A stretch of 64,000 bases of DNA from Candidatus Kaiserbacteria bacterium. Lineage in GTDB: Bacteria > Patescibacteriota > Minisyncoccia > Phycocordibacterales > UBA918. Shown one piece after another: positions 8,330 to 18,134 of this stretch. Where the stretch lies: positions 4,976 through 68,975 of the forward strand of contig JACQKD010000001.1 in assembly GCA_016204695.1 (NCBI GenBank). Reading direction: 5' to 3'. A program made the translations under genes and the position numbers. The notes below the pieces were generated by a model that did no database searches, was not told the origin of the DNA, and saw only the letters and a list, made by a program, of their open reading frames with translations. Each line of letters opens with the position of its first letter. The first letter of the stretch is position 1.

Positions 8330-9313
8330 ATGCCCGCGGAACACCTCAACAAAAAACTCTTTGACGAAGACATTGAGCGCGTACCCAATCGCGACGGTTT
8401 CGGCGAGGGCTTGCGCGAGGCGGGCGAGCGCGACAAACAAGTGGTCGCGCTCTGCGGCGACCTCACCGAGTCCACGCGGATGAGTATTTTTGCCGAGCAG
8501 TTTCCCGAGCGGTTCGTGCAGGTCGGCGTCGCCGAGCAATCGATGGCGTCGGTCGCTTCCGGCATGGCGGCGATGGGAAAGGTGCCGTTTATGGCTTCAT
8601 ACGCGATGTTTTCACCGGGACGCAATTGGGAGCAGATTCGCACGACGATTGCATACAACAACACGAACGTGAAAATAATCGGCTCGCATGCGGGTGTCTC
8701 CGTCGGTCCCGACGGCGCGACGCACCAGGCGATCGAAGACATCGCGCTTACGCGCGTCATGCCGAACATGACGGTGGTGGTGCCGTGCGACTCGATTGAG
8801 GCGAAGAAGGCGACGCTTGCGGCCGCAAGCCACATCGGTCCGCTCTACATCCGCCTCGCCCGCGAAAAGACCCCGGTCGTCACGACTGCCGACTCCCCTT
8901 TTGTTGTCGGGAAAGCGGAGGTGTATCTTTCTCCCGAAGGAAAAGAGAAAAAGATTGGAATCATCGCGTGCGGGACGATACTTCATAATGCGTTGCTCGC
9001 GGGCAAACGACTCAATGATGAAGGTATCGGCACGTCGGTGATGAACCTCGCGACCATCAAACCGCTCGATGAAGAAGCAGTACTTGCGTACGCGAAAGAA
9101 CACGAGGTTATTGTGACCGTCGAAGAACACCAAATCGCCGGAGGCATGGGTTCCGCCGTTGCCGAACTGCTCTCGGAAAAACATCCCCTGCGCGTCGTGC
9201 GTATCGGAGTCCGCGACCAATTCGGCCAGTCCGGCGAACCGGACGAACTGCTCAAACACTACGGCATCGATGTTGACAGCCTCTATGAGGCCGCAAAGAA
9301 TCGTGCAGTATAG
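8330..9313 (+). CDS. Transketolase, C-terminal (pyrimidine-binding/C-terminal) subunit.
   Basis: FPERFVQVGVAEQSMASVASGMA...IGSHAGVSVGPDGATHQAIEDIA is typical of the transketolase central/C-terminal domains. Confidence 0.9.
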   Translation: MPAEHLNKKLFDEDIERVPNRDGFGEGLREAGERDKQVVALCGDLTESTRMSIFAEQFPERFVQVGVAEQSMASVASGMAAMGKVPFMASYAMFSPGRNWEQIRTTIAYNNTNVKIIGSHAGVSVGPDGATHQAIEDIALTRVMPNMTVVVPCDSIEAKKATLAAASHIGPLYIRLAREKTPVVTTADSPFVVGKAEVYLSPEGKEKKIGIIACGTILHNALLAGKRLNDEGIGTSVMNLATIKPLDEEAVLAYAKEHEVIVTVEEHQIAGGMGSAVAELLSEKHPLRVVRIGVRDQFGQSGEPDELLKHYGIDVDSLYEAAKNRAV

Positions 9314-9323
9314 TTATAGAAAC

Positions 9324-9836
9324 ATGAACATGCAATCCGGAAATAGAGGACGCGGCTTCACCCTGATCGAACTCCTCGTCGTTATCGCCATCATCGGGCT
9401 CCTTGCGAGTGTCGTGATGGCGAATTTGAATAGTGCGCGGGCGAAAGCGAGAAATGTCCGGAGACAGGCCGACCTCAGTCAGATACAACGCGCACTTGAG
9501 TTTTATTACGATACGAATGGGCGATATCCTGCCTATGACGGAAGCCAGAGTGGCCTTCCGAATTGTGGCGGTTGGGCGCTAAACCATCCTTCGTACATGA
9601 CTTGCTGGAACGATTTGCAGGCGCGTCTTGCCCCGTATCTCTCCCAGTTGCCGGTCGATCCGACTCCAACCAACACACCGTATCACTATACTGCCAACTG
9701 GTGGTATAACGGCTCGGGATATGTTGCGTTCCAGGGCGGCGTCGGCCAAGGATTTGCATTACTCGCTTACCCTGAACCGGGTCTGGGATTCGGCATGGGA
9801 TGCTGGCCGGGATATTACACCGTATGTGTGAAGTAA
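9324..9836 (+). CDS. Type IV pilin (prepilin N-terminal cleavage/methylation domain).
   Basis: MNMQSGNRGRG|FTLIELLVVIAIIGLLASVVMANLNSARAKARNVRRQADLSQIQRALEFYYDTNGRYP shows the class III signal with Phe+1 and Glu+5. TATAGT -10 lies 9 nt before the ATG. Confidence 0.85.
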   Translation: MNMQSGNRGRGFTLIELLVVIAIIGLLASVVMANLNSARAKARNVRRQADLSQIQRALEFYYDTNGRYPAYDGSQSGLPNCGGWALNHPSYMTCWNDLQARLAPYLSQLPVDPTPTNTPYHYTANWWYNGSGYVAFQGGVGQGFALLAYPEPGLGFGMGCWPGYYTVCVK

Positions 9837-9854
9837 AAGACAACAATAGCTCGG

Positions 9855-10862
9855 CTACCGCAGGATTTTTATCGACTGATAAACATCGGGAGCTTCTTTG
9901 AGGTACTTTTCAATTTCTGCTCGCGAGAGCAATCCCTTCTGTGCGCCGATATACTGGACGACGGACATGGAGTTGATGGGACCCCATGTGAGTGCTTCCT
10001 GTACCGACTTTCCGAGCGCGAGCGCTGTCGTGAATGTGGAAGCGAAAGAGTCGCCCGCGCCGGTACGGTCGACGGGCGGCTGGGGGTCGGGGTACATCGG
10101 CATGAACCATACTTCATTTTCGGCAAGCGCGTATGAACCCTTCGGTCCGTCGGTGATGACCGGCAGGTTCGGGCCGAGAGCTTTCAGAGCTTTCAATAAA
10201 GTCGGTATGTCGTCTTCTTTTGAGTTGAGTATTTGTCGCGCCTCTTCCTTGTTGCAAAAAAATATCTCGGTGACTTCGTAGAGGTCTTTGAGCGCTTCGT
10301 AGCCGACGCGAATCTGGAATGTGCCGGGCTGGAAGACGAGTTTCGTCTCGGGATGTTCTTTTACATACGCGGCGATTTCATGATGGAACGGCATTGCGTC
10401 ATCGCCGACCGATGAAAAATAGATGTACCGCGGCGGCGCATCGAAATGCGGCAGACGGTACGGGTACGCTTCGTGCTTGATGAGGATGGTGCGTTCCGCG
10501 CCGTAACGAAGGACATAGTGGTAGTTGGTCTTTTTGCCTTCGTGCATTTGGACGTAGTCGGTCGAAACACCTTCGGCGCGGAGCGTGTCGAGGCAGTCCT
10601 TGCCATAGCGGTCGTGGCCGATGTTGGTGACGAGCGCGGACTTGAGGCCGAGGCGACGCGCGGCGACCGATGCGTTCGGTGCGTTACCGACGGCGTTGAC
10701 CACAGTTACGTCGGTATATGGCAACTTCTCGCCGAAGTTCATCATCAGCTGGCAGGGCTTGCCTTCTATGTCGCAGACGACTTGCGCGTCCTTTTGCGAA
10801 AGCTGGATGAACGCATCTACTGTGATGTCGCCGATTGCGACAAAATCGTATGACTGTGACAT
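9855..10862 (-). CDS. PfkB-family carbohydrate kinase (ribokinase-like).
   Basis: DFVAIGDITVD N-terminal motif and the TGAGDSF anion-hole motif near the C-terminus. Extended -10 TGCTATACT lies 9 nt upstream of the ATG on the minus strand. Confidence 0.8.
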   Translation of the reverse strand: MSQSYDFVAIGDITVDAFIQLSQKDAQVVCDIEGKPCQLMMNFGEKLPYTDVTVVNAVGNAPNASVAARRLGLKSALVTNIGHDRYGKDCLDTLRAEGVSTDYVQMHEGKKTNYHYVLRYGAERTILIKHEAYPYRLPHFDAPPRYIYFSSVGDDAMPFHHEIAAYVKEHPETKLVFQPGTFQIRVGYEALKDLYEVTEIFFCNKEEARQILNSKEDDIPTLLKALKALGPNLPVITDGPKGSYALAENEVWFMPMYPDPQPPVDRTGAGDSFASTFTTALALGKSVQEALTWGPINSMSVVQYIGAQKGLLSRAEIEKYLKEAPDVYQSIKILR

Positions 10863-10931
10863 GTTGTGTTGAGTATAGCATTGCGATGCGTGTGCTATCA
10901 TATTTTGTATACAACTAATCTTTGAAGCGGT

Positions 10932-11906
10932 ATGGGTTCAGTATTTGTGACGAGGAGGATTCCGGAGGAAGGCCCCGCCGCGCTTCGCGCGGCGGGACAC
11001 GAGGTGACTGTAAGCGAGAAAGACGGCGTACTTACCCGGGAAGAATTACTCACGGCGCTCAAAGAAAAACAGTATGCTGCGGTGCTCTGCAATCTCGACG
11101 ACAAGATTGATGCCGAGGTAATGGAAGCGGCGGGCGAGCAGTGCAAAATCTTCGCAAATTTTGCGGTAGGGTTCGATAACTTTGATACTGAAGCCGCCAA
11201 GAAGCGCGGAGTGGCGATGACCAATACCCCCGGCGTGCTTACCGACACGGTTGCGGAGCATGCTTTCGCGCTTTTGCTTGCGATTGCGCATCGGGTGGCG
11301 GAGGCGGACCGCTTCACCCGCGCCGGCAAGTACGAAGGATGGGGACCGATGTTGCTCCTGGGGACGGACGTGTCTCGCAAGACCATCGGTATTGTCGGCT
11401 TGGGGAGGATAGGGTCTCGCGTTGCTCACCATGCCGCTCTCGGGTTTGACATGCGGGTGCTCTATTACGACGTGAAGCGTAACGAAGAATTTGAGCGGGA
11501 GATACGTGCGGAGTTTCGAGAGAATCCCGACGATATTTTCAAAGAGGCGGACTTCATCTCCGTGCATGTGCCGCTTCTTGATTCCACGCGACATCTCGTC
11601 AATGCCGAACGGCTCGCCTTGATGAAGCCGACAAGCTACCTCGTCAATACGTCGCGCGGACCGGTTATCGATGAGGCGGCATTAGTGGAAGCGCTCAAAA
11701 AGGGAAGCATCGCCGGAGCGGCGCTTGATGTGTTTGAACACGAACCTGCGCTTGCTCCCGGTCTCGCCGATTTCGAAAATGTCATTCTGACTCCGCATAT
11801 TGCATCGGCTACGAGGGAGACACGTGCCGCGATGGCAAAAGTGGCTGCGGAAAATATCATCGCGGTGCTCTCCGGCGGGGCGCCCAAAAATCCTGTTATA
11901 CAATAG
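10932..11906 (+). CDS. D-isomer-specific 2-hydroxyacid dehydrogenase (glyoxylate/hydroxypyruvate reductase-like).
   Basis: GIVGLGRIGSRVA NAD-binding motif and the catalytic region ...NTSRGPVIDEAALVEALKKGSIAGAALDVFEHEP...LTPHIAS. Confidence 0.85.
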   Translation: MGSVFVTRRIPEEGPAALRAAGHEVTVSEKDGVLTREELLTALKEKQYAAVLCNLDDKIDAEVMEAAGEQCKIFANFAVGFDNFDTEAAKKRGVAMTNTPGVLTDTVAEHAFALLLAIAHRVAEADRFTRAGKYEGWGPMLLLGTDVSRKTIGIVGLGRIGSRVAHHAALGFDMRVLYYDVKRNEEFEREIRAEFRENPDDIFKEADFISVHVPLLDSTRHLVNAERLALMKPTSYLVNTSRGPVIDEAALVEALKKGSIAGAALDVFEHEPALAPGLADFENVILTPHIASATRETRAAMAKVAAENIIAVLSGGAPKNPVIQ

Positions 11907-11912
11907 AGGAAC

Positions 11913-12437
11913 ATGAAATATTTTTCCGGCAGAGGAATCAACGTGAAGCCGCACAGCGGCTTCACGTTGATTGAGCTCCTCGTCGTCATCGCCATCATCG
12001 GTCTTCTGGCGAGCGTAGTGATGGCGAATTTGAACAGTGCGCGGGCGAAGGCACGGGATGCGCGGCGGCGCGCGGACATGAAAGAGCTGTATAAAGCGCT
12101 TGAACTTTACTACGATACCAATGGCGCATACCCATCAACAGGGAACGCGTGGATAGGCAATTGTGCATCGTACGGAAGTTATGGCACGTCAGGAGCAAGC
12201 GGATATATCCCGAACTTGGCACCGACCTATATACCGACGCTTCCACTTGATCCAAAATACAACGGTTCCAGCGGTTGCTATCTCTACAACTCTAATGGCG
12301 TCGAGTATAAATTACTTGCCCATTATACTGTCGAAAGTATCTGTCCGGTGCCGTCATCTGATGCGTTCTGGGATCCGGTGCGAAATGGTCAGTGTACATT
12401 CCAAATCTCGACCTCAGGCGCGCGTTCAACGTACTGA
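11913..12437 (+). CDS. Type IV pilin (second paralog).
   Basis: G|FTLIELLVVIAIIGLLASVVMANLNSARAKARDARRRADMKELYKALELYYDTNGAYP. The N-terminal 33 aa are identical to the pilin at 9324, with about 100 bp of nucleotide similarity. Confidence 0.85.
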   Translation: MKYFSGRGINVKPHSGFTLIELLVVIAIIGLLASVVMANLNSARAKARDARRRADMKELYKALELYYDTNGAYPSTGNAWIGNCASYGSYGTSGASGYIPNLAPTYIPTLPLDPKYNGSSGCYLYNSNGVEYKLLAHYTVESICPVPSSDAFWDPVRNGQCTFQISTSGARSTY

Positions 12438-12483
12438 TCGCTCGTTTTGTGATTATATGTAATTGTGCTAGGATGCTCTGCGT

Positions 12484-13140
12484 ATGACTGCCACATTACA
12501 GGCGCAGGTGCGGACCGAGCGCGGGAAGCGCGCGCGCGCTTTGCGCGCGCGCGGCGTGCTTCCCGCCGTTCTCTACGGCCCGAAGGAAGATTCGGCTGCC
12601 CTTTCTCTGTCTCTGCGCGAGTTTGAAAAAGTCTTTAAAGAAGCGGGCGAGTCCACTGTGATTACTCTTACCGGTCTTGACGAAGACAAAGACGTGCTCG
12701 TGCAGGATATCGCCTACGATCCGGTCACCAGTGCGCCGCTCCATGTTGATTTGTATGCAATTGAAAAGGGCAAGAAAGTGACGGTCAATGTGCCGCTTGA
12801 ATTCGTCGGCGAGGCGCCGGTCGTAAAACTTGGCGGCCTCCTGACAAAAGTGCTCCATGAGCTTGAAATCGAGGCCATGCCGAAAGATTTGCCGCACCAG
12901 ATTGAAGTCGATGTTTCATCCATCAGTGATTTCGACAGTCAGATAACCGTCGCGGAGATTGTCGCGCCGGCGGGCGTCTCTATTCTCAATGATCCGGAAG
13001 AAGTCGTGGTGGTCGCGGAGGAGGCAAAAGAAGAGGCAGAAGCGCCGGTGGAGCAGGTGGATATGGACGCAATTGAGGTCGAAGAGAAGGGCAAGAAGGA
13101 GGGAGAGGAGGGTGAAAACGAGGCAAAATCTGAAGAATAA
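12484..13140 (+). CDS. rplY: 50S ribosomal protein L25 / general stress protein Ctc, with an acidic C-terminal tail.
   Basis: LQAQVRTERGKRARALRARGVLPAVLYG...DVLVQDIAYDPVTSAPLHVDL matches the L25/Ctc family. The Glu/Lys-rich tail is typical of Ctc forms. Confidence 0.85.
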   Translation: MTATLQAQVRTERGKRARALRARGVLPAVLYGPKEDSAALSLSLREFEKVFKEAGESTVITLTGLDEDKDVLVQDIAYDPVTSAPLHVDLYAIEKGKKVTVNVPLEFVGEAPVVKLGGLLTKVLHELEIEAMPKDLPHQIEVDVSSISDFDSQITVAEIVAPAGVSILNDPEEVVVVAEEAKEEAEAPVEQVDMDAIEVEEKGKKEGEEGENEAKSEE

Positions 13141-13148
13141 CACCGATC

Positions 13149-13207
13149 TGCGGTGCGGGGTTCTTGTGAAAATGTACAAGAATAGTGTACCCCCGCTTTT
13201 CTGAAAG
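13149..13207 (+). terminator. Intrinsic terminator after rplY (nested hairpin plus T-tract).
   Basis: gcggggttcttgt gaaaatgt acaagaa tagtgta cccccgc followed by ttttct. Confidence 0.6.
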
Positions 13208-13237
13208 CTTTGGTATACTGGAAGCGTCATAGCCTAT

Positions 13238-14584
13238 ATGCGACCTTTTTTGTCTGTGGTGGTGTGTGCGCTTGTTGCCGGGGCGCTTTTTGTGTATTTG
13301 CCCGCTGTTTATGCCCAAAATCCCGATCTGACTCCCGAACAGCGTGCGGCCCTTGAGAAACAATTGGCCGAACTTGAAGAAGAGATGAAGCGCACCGATG
13401 CGACGATTGCGGGTCTGCGCACCGAAGGGGAGTCTCTCAAACGCGACATCGGCATACTCGAAGGAGAGATCAAGAAAGCGAAACTGAAAGTCCGTACCAC
13501 CGAGATCAAGATCCAACAGCTCTCCAAGGGTATCAACATCCATGCCGCCACCATCGAAGAACTCTCGGAGAAAATAAAGAGCGAGCAAGAGTCGCTTGCC
13601 CAGATCCTGCGAAAGACGCGCGAAATCGACAACTACTCTCTCGTTGAAGCTGTGTTTTCATCGGAAGATATTTCCAAATTTTTCAGCGACCTTGATTCGT
13701 TTGTTTCCATCAAGGAGGCTCTGCAAGCCTCATTTGAAGAACTGCGTGCCGCGCGCGAAGAGACCTCCGGCGCGAAGGTTGCGCTTGAAGGCGAACGTAC
13801 CGAGGCCCAAATCTTGCGGTCTGAATTGGTGCTGGCCCAGAAAGAAGTAGAGCAGAAGGAGGCACAGAAGCGCACCCTGCTCAAGGAGACGCAGGGACAG
13901 GAAGGTATGTACAAGGGACTGAAGGCGACGCAGGAAAAGCTGGCGGCCGAGATCAGAGCACGTCTCTTTCCCTTGCGCGATGCGCAGGGAATCCCCTTCG
14001 GTACCGCAGTGCAGTACGCCAAGACCGCATCGGCGCAGACCGGCGTGCGCGCCGCGCTCATTCTTGCGATTCTGTCACAAGAATCCGACCTTGGGGCCAA
14101 TGTGGGCCAGTGCCTGATCACCGACCTCGCGACCGGTGACGGAAAGGGGAAAAATACCGGTACGCCGTTTGCAGGCGTGATGAAGGTTCCGAGAGACACC
14201 GTACCGTTTGAGCGGATCACCAAAGGAGTTGGCCGCGACTGGTCCAACACGCCCGTTTCCTGTCCACAACCGGGCGGCTACGGCGGGGCGATGGGTCCGA
14301 CACAGTTCATTCCTTCCACATGGGAGCTCTATGAAGGACGCCTTGCCTCGGTACTCGGCGTCGCAGCGACCGACCCATGGAATCCTTCGCATGCGATCAC
14401 GGCGACCGCTCTCTATCTCACGGATGTCGGCGCGGCCGGAGGCACCTACAGCGCGGAGCATACCGCCGCCGCCAAATACAACGCCGGGGGCAATTGGGCG
14501 ACCCTCGGTCAGGTCTACGCCAACTCTGTCATGGGGAAAGCCGCGCAATTCCAAAAAGACATCGATTTCCTTGAGGCGAATTAG
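13238..14584 (+). CDS. Secreted coiled-coil protein with a C-terminal lytic transglycosylase (MltB/lysozyme-like) domain.
   Basis: Signal peptide. About 270 aa of heptad-like coiled coil (EnvC-like). C-terminal ILSQESDLG ... [13 protein letters not shown] matches the MltB-type transglycosylase signature (E-S-x-x-G ... GPMQFMP.TW). Confidence 0.7.
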   Translation: MRPFLSVVVCALVAGALFVYLPAVYAQNPDLTPEQRAALEKQLAELEEEMKRTDATIAGLRTEGESLKRDIGILEGEIKKAKLKVRTTEIKIQQLSKGINIHAATIEELSEKIKSEQESLAQILRKTREIDNYSLVEAVFSSEDISKFFSDLDSFVSIKEALQASFEELRAAREETSGAKVALEGERTEAQILRSELVLAQKEVEQKEAQKRTLLKETQGQEGMYKGLKATQEKLAAEIRARLFPLRDAQGIPFGTAVQYAKTASAQTGVRAALILAILSQESDLGANVGQCLITDLATGDGKGKNTGTPFAGVMKVPRDTVPFERITKGVGRDWSNTPVSCPQPGGYGGAMGPTQFIPSTWELYEGRLASVLGVAATDPWNPSHAITATALYLTDVGAAGGTYSAEHTAAAKYNAGGNWATLGQVYANSVMGKAAQFQKDIDFLEAN

Positions 14585-14652
14585 CAACTGCGAATGTTGA
14601 AACGGTCCCGTTGCCAAGAGCCGCTCTTTCTTGTATAGTGCTGCCACTAAAT

Positions 14653-14922
14653 ATGAAGACAGAAATTCATCCGGACAACTATCGGCTGGTCATTTTCCAC
14701 GACAATTCAAGCGGGGAGCGGTTTCTTATCGGCTCCACGATTGCTACGACTGAGACGGACAAGTGGGATGATGGTGTCGAGTATCCTCTGACGCATGTCG
14801 AGGTTTCGAGCGCGTCGCATCCTTTCTACACCGGAGCGGAGAAGATCATGGATACCGCCGGGCGCGTAGAGAAATTCAAGGCGCGCATGAAAGCGGCCGG
14901 AACGCGTACGAAGAAGGCGTAA
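14653..14922 (+). CDS. rpmE: 50S ribosomal protein L31, type B (no zinc ribbon).
   Basis: [15 protein letters not shown]...GSTIATTE...[13 protein letters not shown] matches L31. The Cys ligands are absent, as in type B paralogs. Confidence 0.8.
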   Translation: MKTEIHPDNYRLVIFHDNSSGERFLIGSTIATTETDKWDDGVEYPLTHVEVSSASHPFYTGAEKIMDTAGRVEKFKARMKAAGTRTKKA

Positions 14923-15007
14923 CGGAGGACAGCAAAGGAACGATTCCGTTTTGCGGAATCGTTCCTTTGCTGTTTCTTTGGGCAGGGTATGGCATACTTT
15001 TGTAACC

Positions 15008-16000
15008 ATGAGCGAAGACATGCAAAAAACAGCATACGACGTCGACGCCTTCCGGACGGATCACCGGACGCAGTTTCTGGCCGATCAGTATGATGCGCTT
15101 GTGGCGCGACAGGCGGAGCTTGCCGACATGGTGGCGGAGGACGAGACCATGCGGGAACTCGCGGAAGAAGAAAGGAAAGACCTTACCGTGCAACAAAAGT
15201 CGCTTCTTGAAGAGATGGTTCGTATTCTTGTATCGGCTCGAGAAGACGAAGAAAAGCCGTATGGGGTGGTGCTTGAAGTGCGCGCAGGCGCAGGCGGTGA
15301 AGAGGCGGCGCTGTTTGCCGAGGAACTCGCGGAGATGTATACGAAATACTCCGCCCGCGAGGGGTGGAAGGTGGCGGTATTGGCGGAGTCGCGGGCATCA
15401 CAAGGAGGGTATAAGGAAGCCGCGTTTGAGATTGTGGGCAAGGAGGCGCACGAGGCGTTACGGTACGAAACCGGCGTTCATCGAGTCCAGCGGATTCCGG
15501 TGACGGAAAAAGCCGGCCGCATCCATACGTCGACCGCTTCGGTGGCCGTGCTTCCCTTGCGCAAAAAGCCCACGATCGAGATCTCTCCCTCGGATATCCA
15601 AATGGAGTTTTCTCGTTCCGGAGGAGCCGGCGGACAGAATGTGAACAAAGTGGAGACGGCCGTACGGCTCGTGCATGTGCCGACCGGCATCGAGGCTCGC
15701 TCGCAGTCGGAGCGCTCCCAGCAAAAGAATCGAGAAAAAGCGATGGCGGTGCTTGTCGCCAAGCTCGAATCACTCCACGAGGAAGAAGAAGTAAAAAAAC
15801 ACGCGGCGGTTCGGCGCAGTCAAATCGGCACCGGCGACCGCTCGGAGAAGATTCGCACGTACAACATGCCGCAGTCCCGTATCACCGACCACCGCATCAA
15901 GGAATCCTGGCACAATATCGAGGAAATCCTCGCGGGCGGACTTGACCCCGTCATTGCCGCCCTGCGGACGGCGGCATCCGATGGCGGGGTGGTTGCATGA
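15008..16000 (+). CDS. prfA: Peptide chain release factor 1.
   Basis: PVT tripeptide anticodon motif ([14 protein letters not shown]) and the GGQ motif ([25 protein letters not shown]). Confidence 0.9.
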   Translation: MSEDMQKTAYDVDAFRTDHRTQFLADQYDALVARQAELADMVAEDETMRELAEEERKDLTVQQKSLLEEMVRILVSAREDEEKPYGVVLEVRAGAGGEEAALFAEELAEMYTKYSAREGWKVAVLAESRASQGGYKEAAFEIVGKEAHEALRYETGVHRVQRIPVTEKAGRIHTSTASVAVLPLRKKPTIEISPSDIQMEFSRSGGAGGQNVNKVETAVRLVHVPTGIEARSQSERSQQKNREKAMAVLVAKLESLHEEEEVKKHAAVRRSQIGTGDRSEKIRTYNMPQSRITDHRIKESWHNIEEILAGGLDPVIAALRTAASDGGVVA

Positions 16001-16007
16001 GCAGGTT

Positions 16008-16117
16008 GGCTGTGATACGGTGAGAAGCGAAAGCTTGGAGCTTCGCAAGACCTTGCGTGCCTGTTTTGTAAGCGAAGCGAAACAAAAGAGCCGCAAGGTG
16101 TACAGCGCCTGTAAGGC
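16008..16117 (+). repeat. Structured ~100-nt repeat element, copy B. It lies between the prfA stop and the rpsB promoter.
   Basis: Aligns over about 90 nt with copy A at 3147-3236. Substitutions in the first hairpin are compensatory (A: ccgatgc/gcatcgg; B: gaagc/gcttc around the same gaaRRcttgga loop). Confidence 0.6.
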
Positions 16118-16170
16118 GGAGATAGGCTGACTCTTTTCAAGGAGCTCTGGTTTTTATACTTTAAATTTAC

Positions 16171-16923
16171 ATGGATTCACATACAACCGAGGAAACACAG
16201 GATAACTCGCTCGTCGAGCGTCTTTTTCGCGCCGGCGCTCACTACGGTTTTTCGAAATCCCGGCGCCATCCCACGGCCGCTCCCTACCTGTTTTCGACCA
16301 AGCAGGGCACGGATATTTTTGATCTTGAGAAGACCAGCCGCCTGCTCGCTGACGCAAAAGAATATCTTTCCGATATCGCGGCAAAGGGCGGCGTCGTTCT
16401 GTTGGTGGGCACCAAGGAGGAAGTCAAGGAGATCGTCAAGTCATGCGCGATAGAGCTCTCCATGCCGTCGGTCACCAATCGTTGGATCGGCGGTACGCTG
16501 ACCAACTTTTCCCAGATACAGAAGCGCATCAACTATCTTGCGAACCTGCGAGCGGAGCAAGCGTCGGGAGAACTTGATCGCAAATATACAAAAAAAGAGC
16601 GTTTGCTTTTAGGACGCGAAATGGAGAGACTGGTGCTCAATTTTGGCGGTATCACGGCAATGGAGCGTCCGCCGGCGGTACTGCTTGTCGTCGATCCGCG
16701 GCATGAAGCGCTTGCGGTCCGGGAAGCGCGGGATATGCACATCCCCGTCATTGCCATCATGAGTTCCGATTGTAATGCTGATCGTGTGGACTGGCCGGTG
16801 TATCTGAATGACGCGCACCGCTCGAGTGTGGCGCTTGCGCTTGATGAACTGGCGGCGGGATACAAGAACGGACTTACCCGTGCGCAAGCCGCTCCGGCCG
16901 CTCGCGAAGGACGCGCATCCTAG
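16171..16923 (+). CDS. rpsB: 30S ribosomal protein S2.
   Basis: LFRAGAHYGFSKSRRHP..., VLLVGTKEE..., NRWIGGTLTNF are S2 signatures. TATACT -10 lies 10 nt upstream. Confidence 0.95.
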   Translation: MDSHTTEETQDNSLVERLFRAGAHYGFSKSRRHPTAAPYLFSTKQGTDIFDLEKTSRLLADAKEYLSDIAAKGGVVLLVGTKEEVKEIVKSCAIELSMPSVTNRWIGGTLTNFSQIQKRINYLANLRAEQASGELDRKYTKKERLLLGREMERLVLNFGGITAMERPPAVLLVVDPRHEALAVREARDMHIPVIAIMSSDCNADRVDWPVYLNDAHRSSVALALDELAAGYKNGLTRAQAAPAAREGRAS

Positions 16924-16953
16924 TCGACTGTTTTAGAAGTTTAGTTTCGTATT

Positions 16954-17541
16954 GTGGCTGACATATCGGCAGAAGACATAAAAGCGTTGCGTGACGAGAC
17001 CGGGATCTCGGTCATGCAATGCAAGAAAGCCCTCGAAGAAGCGGGAGGCGATATGGAGAAGGCGCGCATTATTCTGCGGAAGTACGGGAACGAACAGGCG
17101 TCGAAGAAGTCCGATCGAACGCTCGGGGCCGGCGCCATTGCCGCCTATGTTCATACGACAGGCCAAGTGGCGGCGCTTGTCCGGCTTTCCTGCGAGACGG
17201 ATTTTGTCGCTAAAAACGAGGAATTTACGGCACTTGCCCGTGATATTGCCATGCATGTGACGGCGCTGTCACCACTCTATATTACCCGCGAGGAAATTCC
17301 CGAAGCCGCGTTTGAAAAAGCGAAGGAAGTGTTCAGAGACGAGATTGCGGACAAGCCTGCCGAATTGCAGGAGAAAATTTTGTCCGGGAAACTCGACGCG
17401 TACTTTAAAGAACAGATTTTACTTGAGCAATCGTTTGTGAAAGATCCGGATCGTACCGTAGGAGGGCTGGTGGAGTCGGCAATCCAGAAATTCGGCGAGC
17501 GTATCGTCGTCTCGGCCATGAGCCGCTTGTCGGTGCGCTAG
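16954..17541 (+). CDS. tsf: Elongation factor Ts (short form), GTG start.
   Basis: ISAEDIKALRDETGISVMQCKKALEEAGGDMEKA (UBA-like N-terminus) and ...VRLSCETDFVAKNEEF match the EF-Ts signature. Confidence 0.9.
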   Translation: MADISAEDIKALRDETGISVMQCKKALEEAGGDMEKARIILRKYGNEQASKKSDRTLGAGAIAAYVHTTGQVAALVRLSCETDFVAKNEEFTALARDIAMHVTALSPLYITREEIPEAAFEKAKEVFRDEIADKPAELQEKILSGKLDAYFKEQILLEQSFVKDPDRTVGGLVESAIQKFGERIVVSAMSRLSVR

Positions 17542-17547
17542 ACTGCT

Positions 17548-17967
17548 ATGACCGCGCCGCTTATCACCGTACTTATCAGTGGCGGCTGTACCCTGCTTCT
17601 TTTGACGCTTTTTCGCGCCGAGCGCAGACGAGGCATGCGGTACGCGAGTGGCGTACGAGTCCTTTTTGATCGATCGCTTGAAGACGCACAAATCCGGTGG
17701 AAAGACGCGTACCGACGCCTCATGGGCCACACTGTGCGACAGTCGGTGCGGTATTTGTTTCACCGGATTTTGACTTCCCTGCTCCGTCGTCTCGGGCGAC
17801 TTGAAGCGTTCTTGTGGTCCGCGGTGCATATCAACAGGCGTCGGGCGAATCGCGCTGAAGAATCTCCTTCCTCGCATTTCTCCGCGATTGCCGAGCACAA
17901 GCGCGAAACCGAACTTTCCGAGGAGGAACGACAGCAGAAGCGCGACGAAGCGCTCAATGGCAAATAG
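17548..17967 (+). CDS. Hypothetical small membrane protein (N-terminal TM, basic remainder).
   Basis: ORF abutting the tsf stop. One hydrophobic helix, then Arg-rich sequence. No recognisable family. Confidence 0.3.
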   Translation: MTAPLITVLISGGCTLLLLTLFRAERRRGMRYASGVRVLFDRSLEDAQIRWKDAYRRLMGHTVRQSVRYLFHRILTSLLRRLGRLEAFLWSAVHINRRRANRAEESPSSHFSAIAEHKRETELSEEERQQKRDEALNGK

Positions 17968-17997
17968 CTCTGGATTTTGTGATACATTAGGGCGAAC

Positions 17998-18074
17998 GCC
18001 GCCTTAGCTCAGTTGGTAGAGCAACGCACTTGTAATGCGTAGGTTTCCCCGGTTCGAGTCCGGGAGGCGGCTCC
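17998..18074 (+). tRNA. tRNA-Thr (anticodon TGT), CCA encoded.
   Basis: GCCGCCT acceptor pairs with AGGCGGC. D-arm GCTCAGTTGGTAGAGC. Anticodon stem ACGCA/TGCGT with loop CTTGTAA. T-arm CCCGGTTCGAGTCCGGG. Extended -10 TGTGATACAT lies about 8 nt upstream of the 5' end. Confidence 0.85.
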
Positions 18075-18134
18075 ATAGTATGGTATTGTACTCCACCAGA
18101 AGAGAGGGGTTGGTTATTCACTTGTAGAGGAGAA

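Noticed and set aside
16008-16117. Copy B of the repeat considered as an rpsB autoregulatory leader
   Set aside because: The same element occurs inside a TA operon at 3136-3238, unrelated to ribosomal protein genes. A shared mobile or structured repeat explains both sites better.
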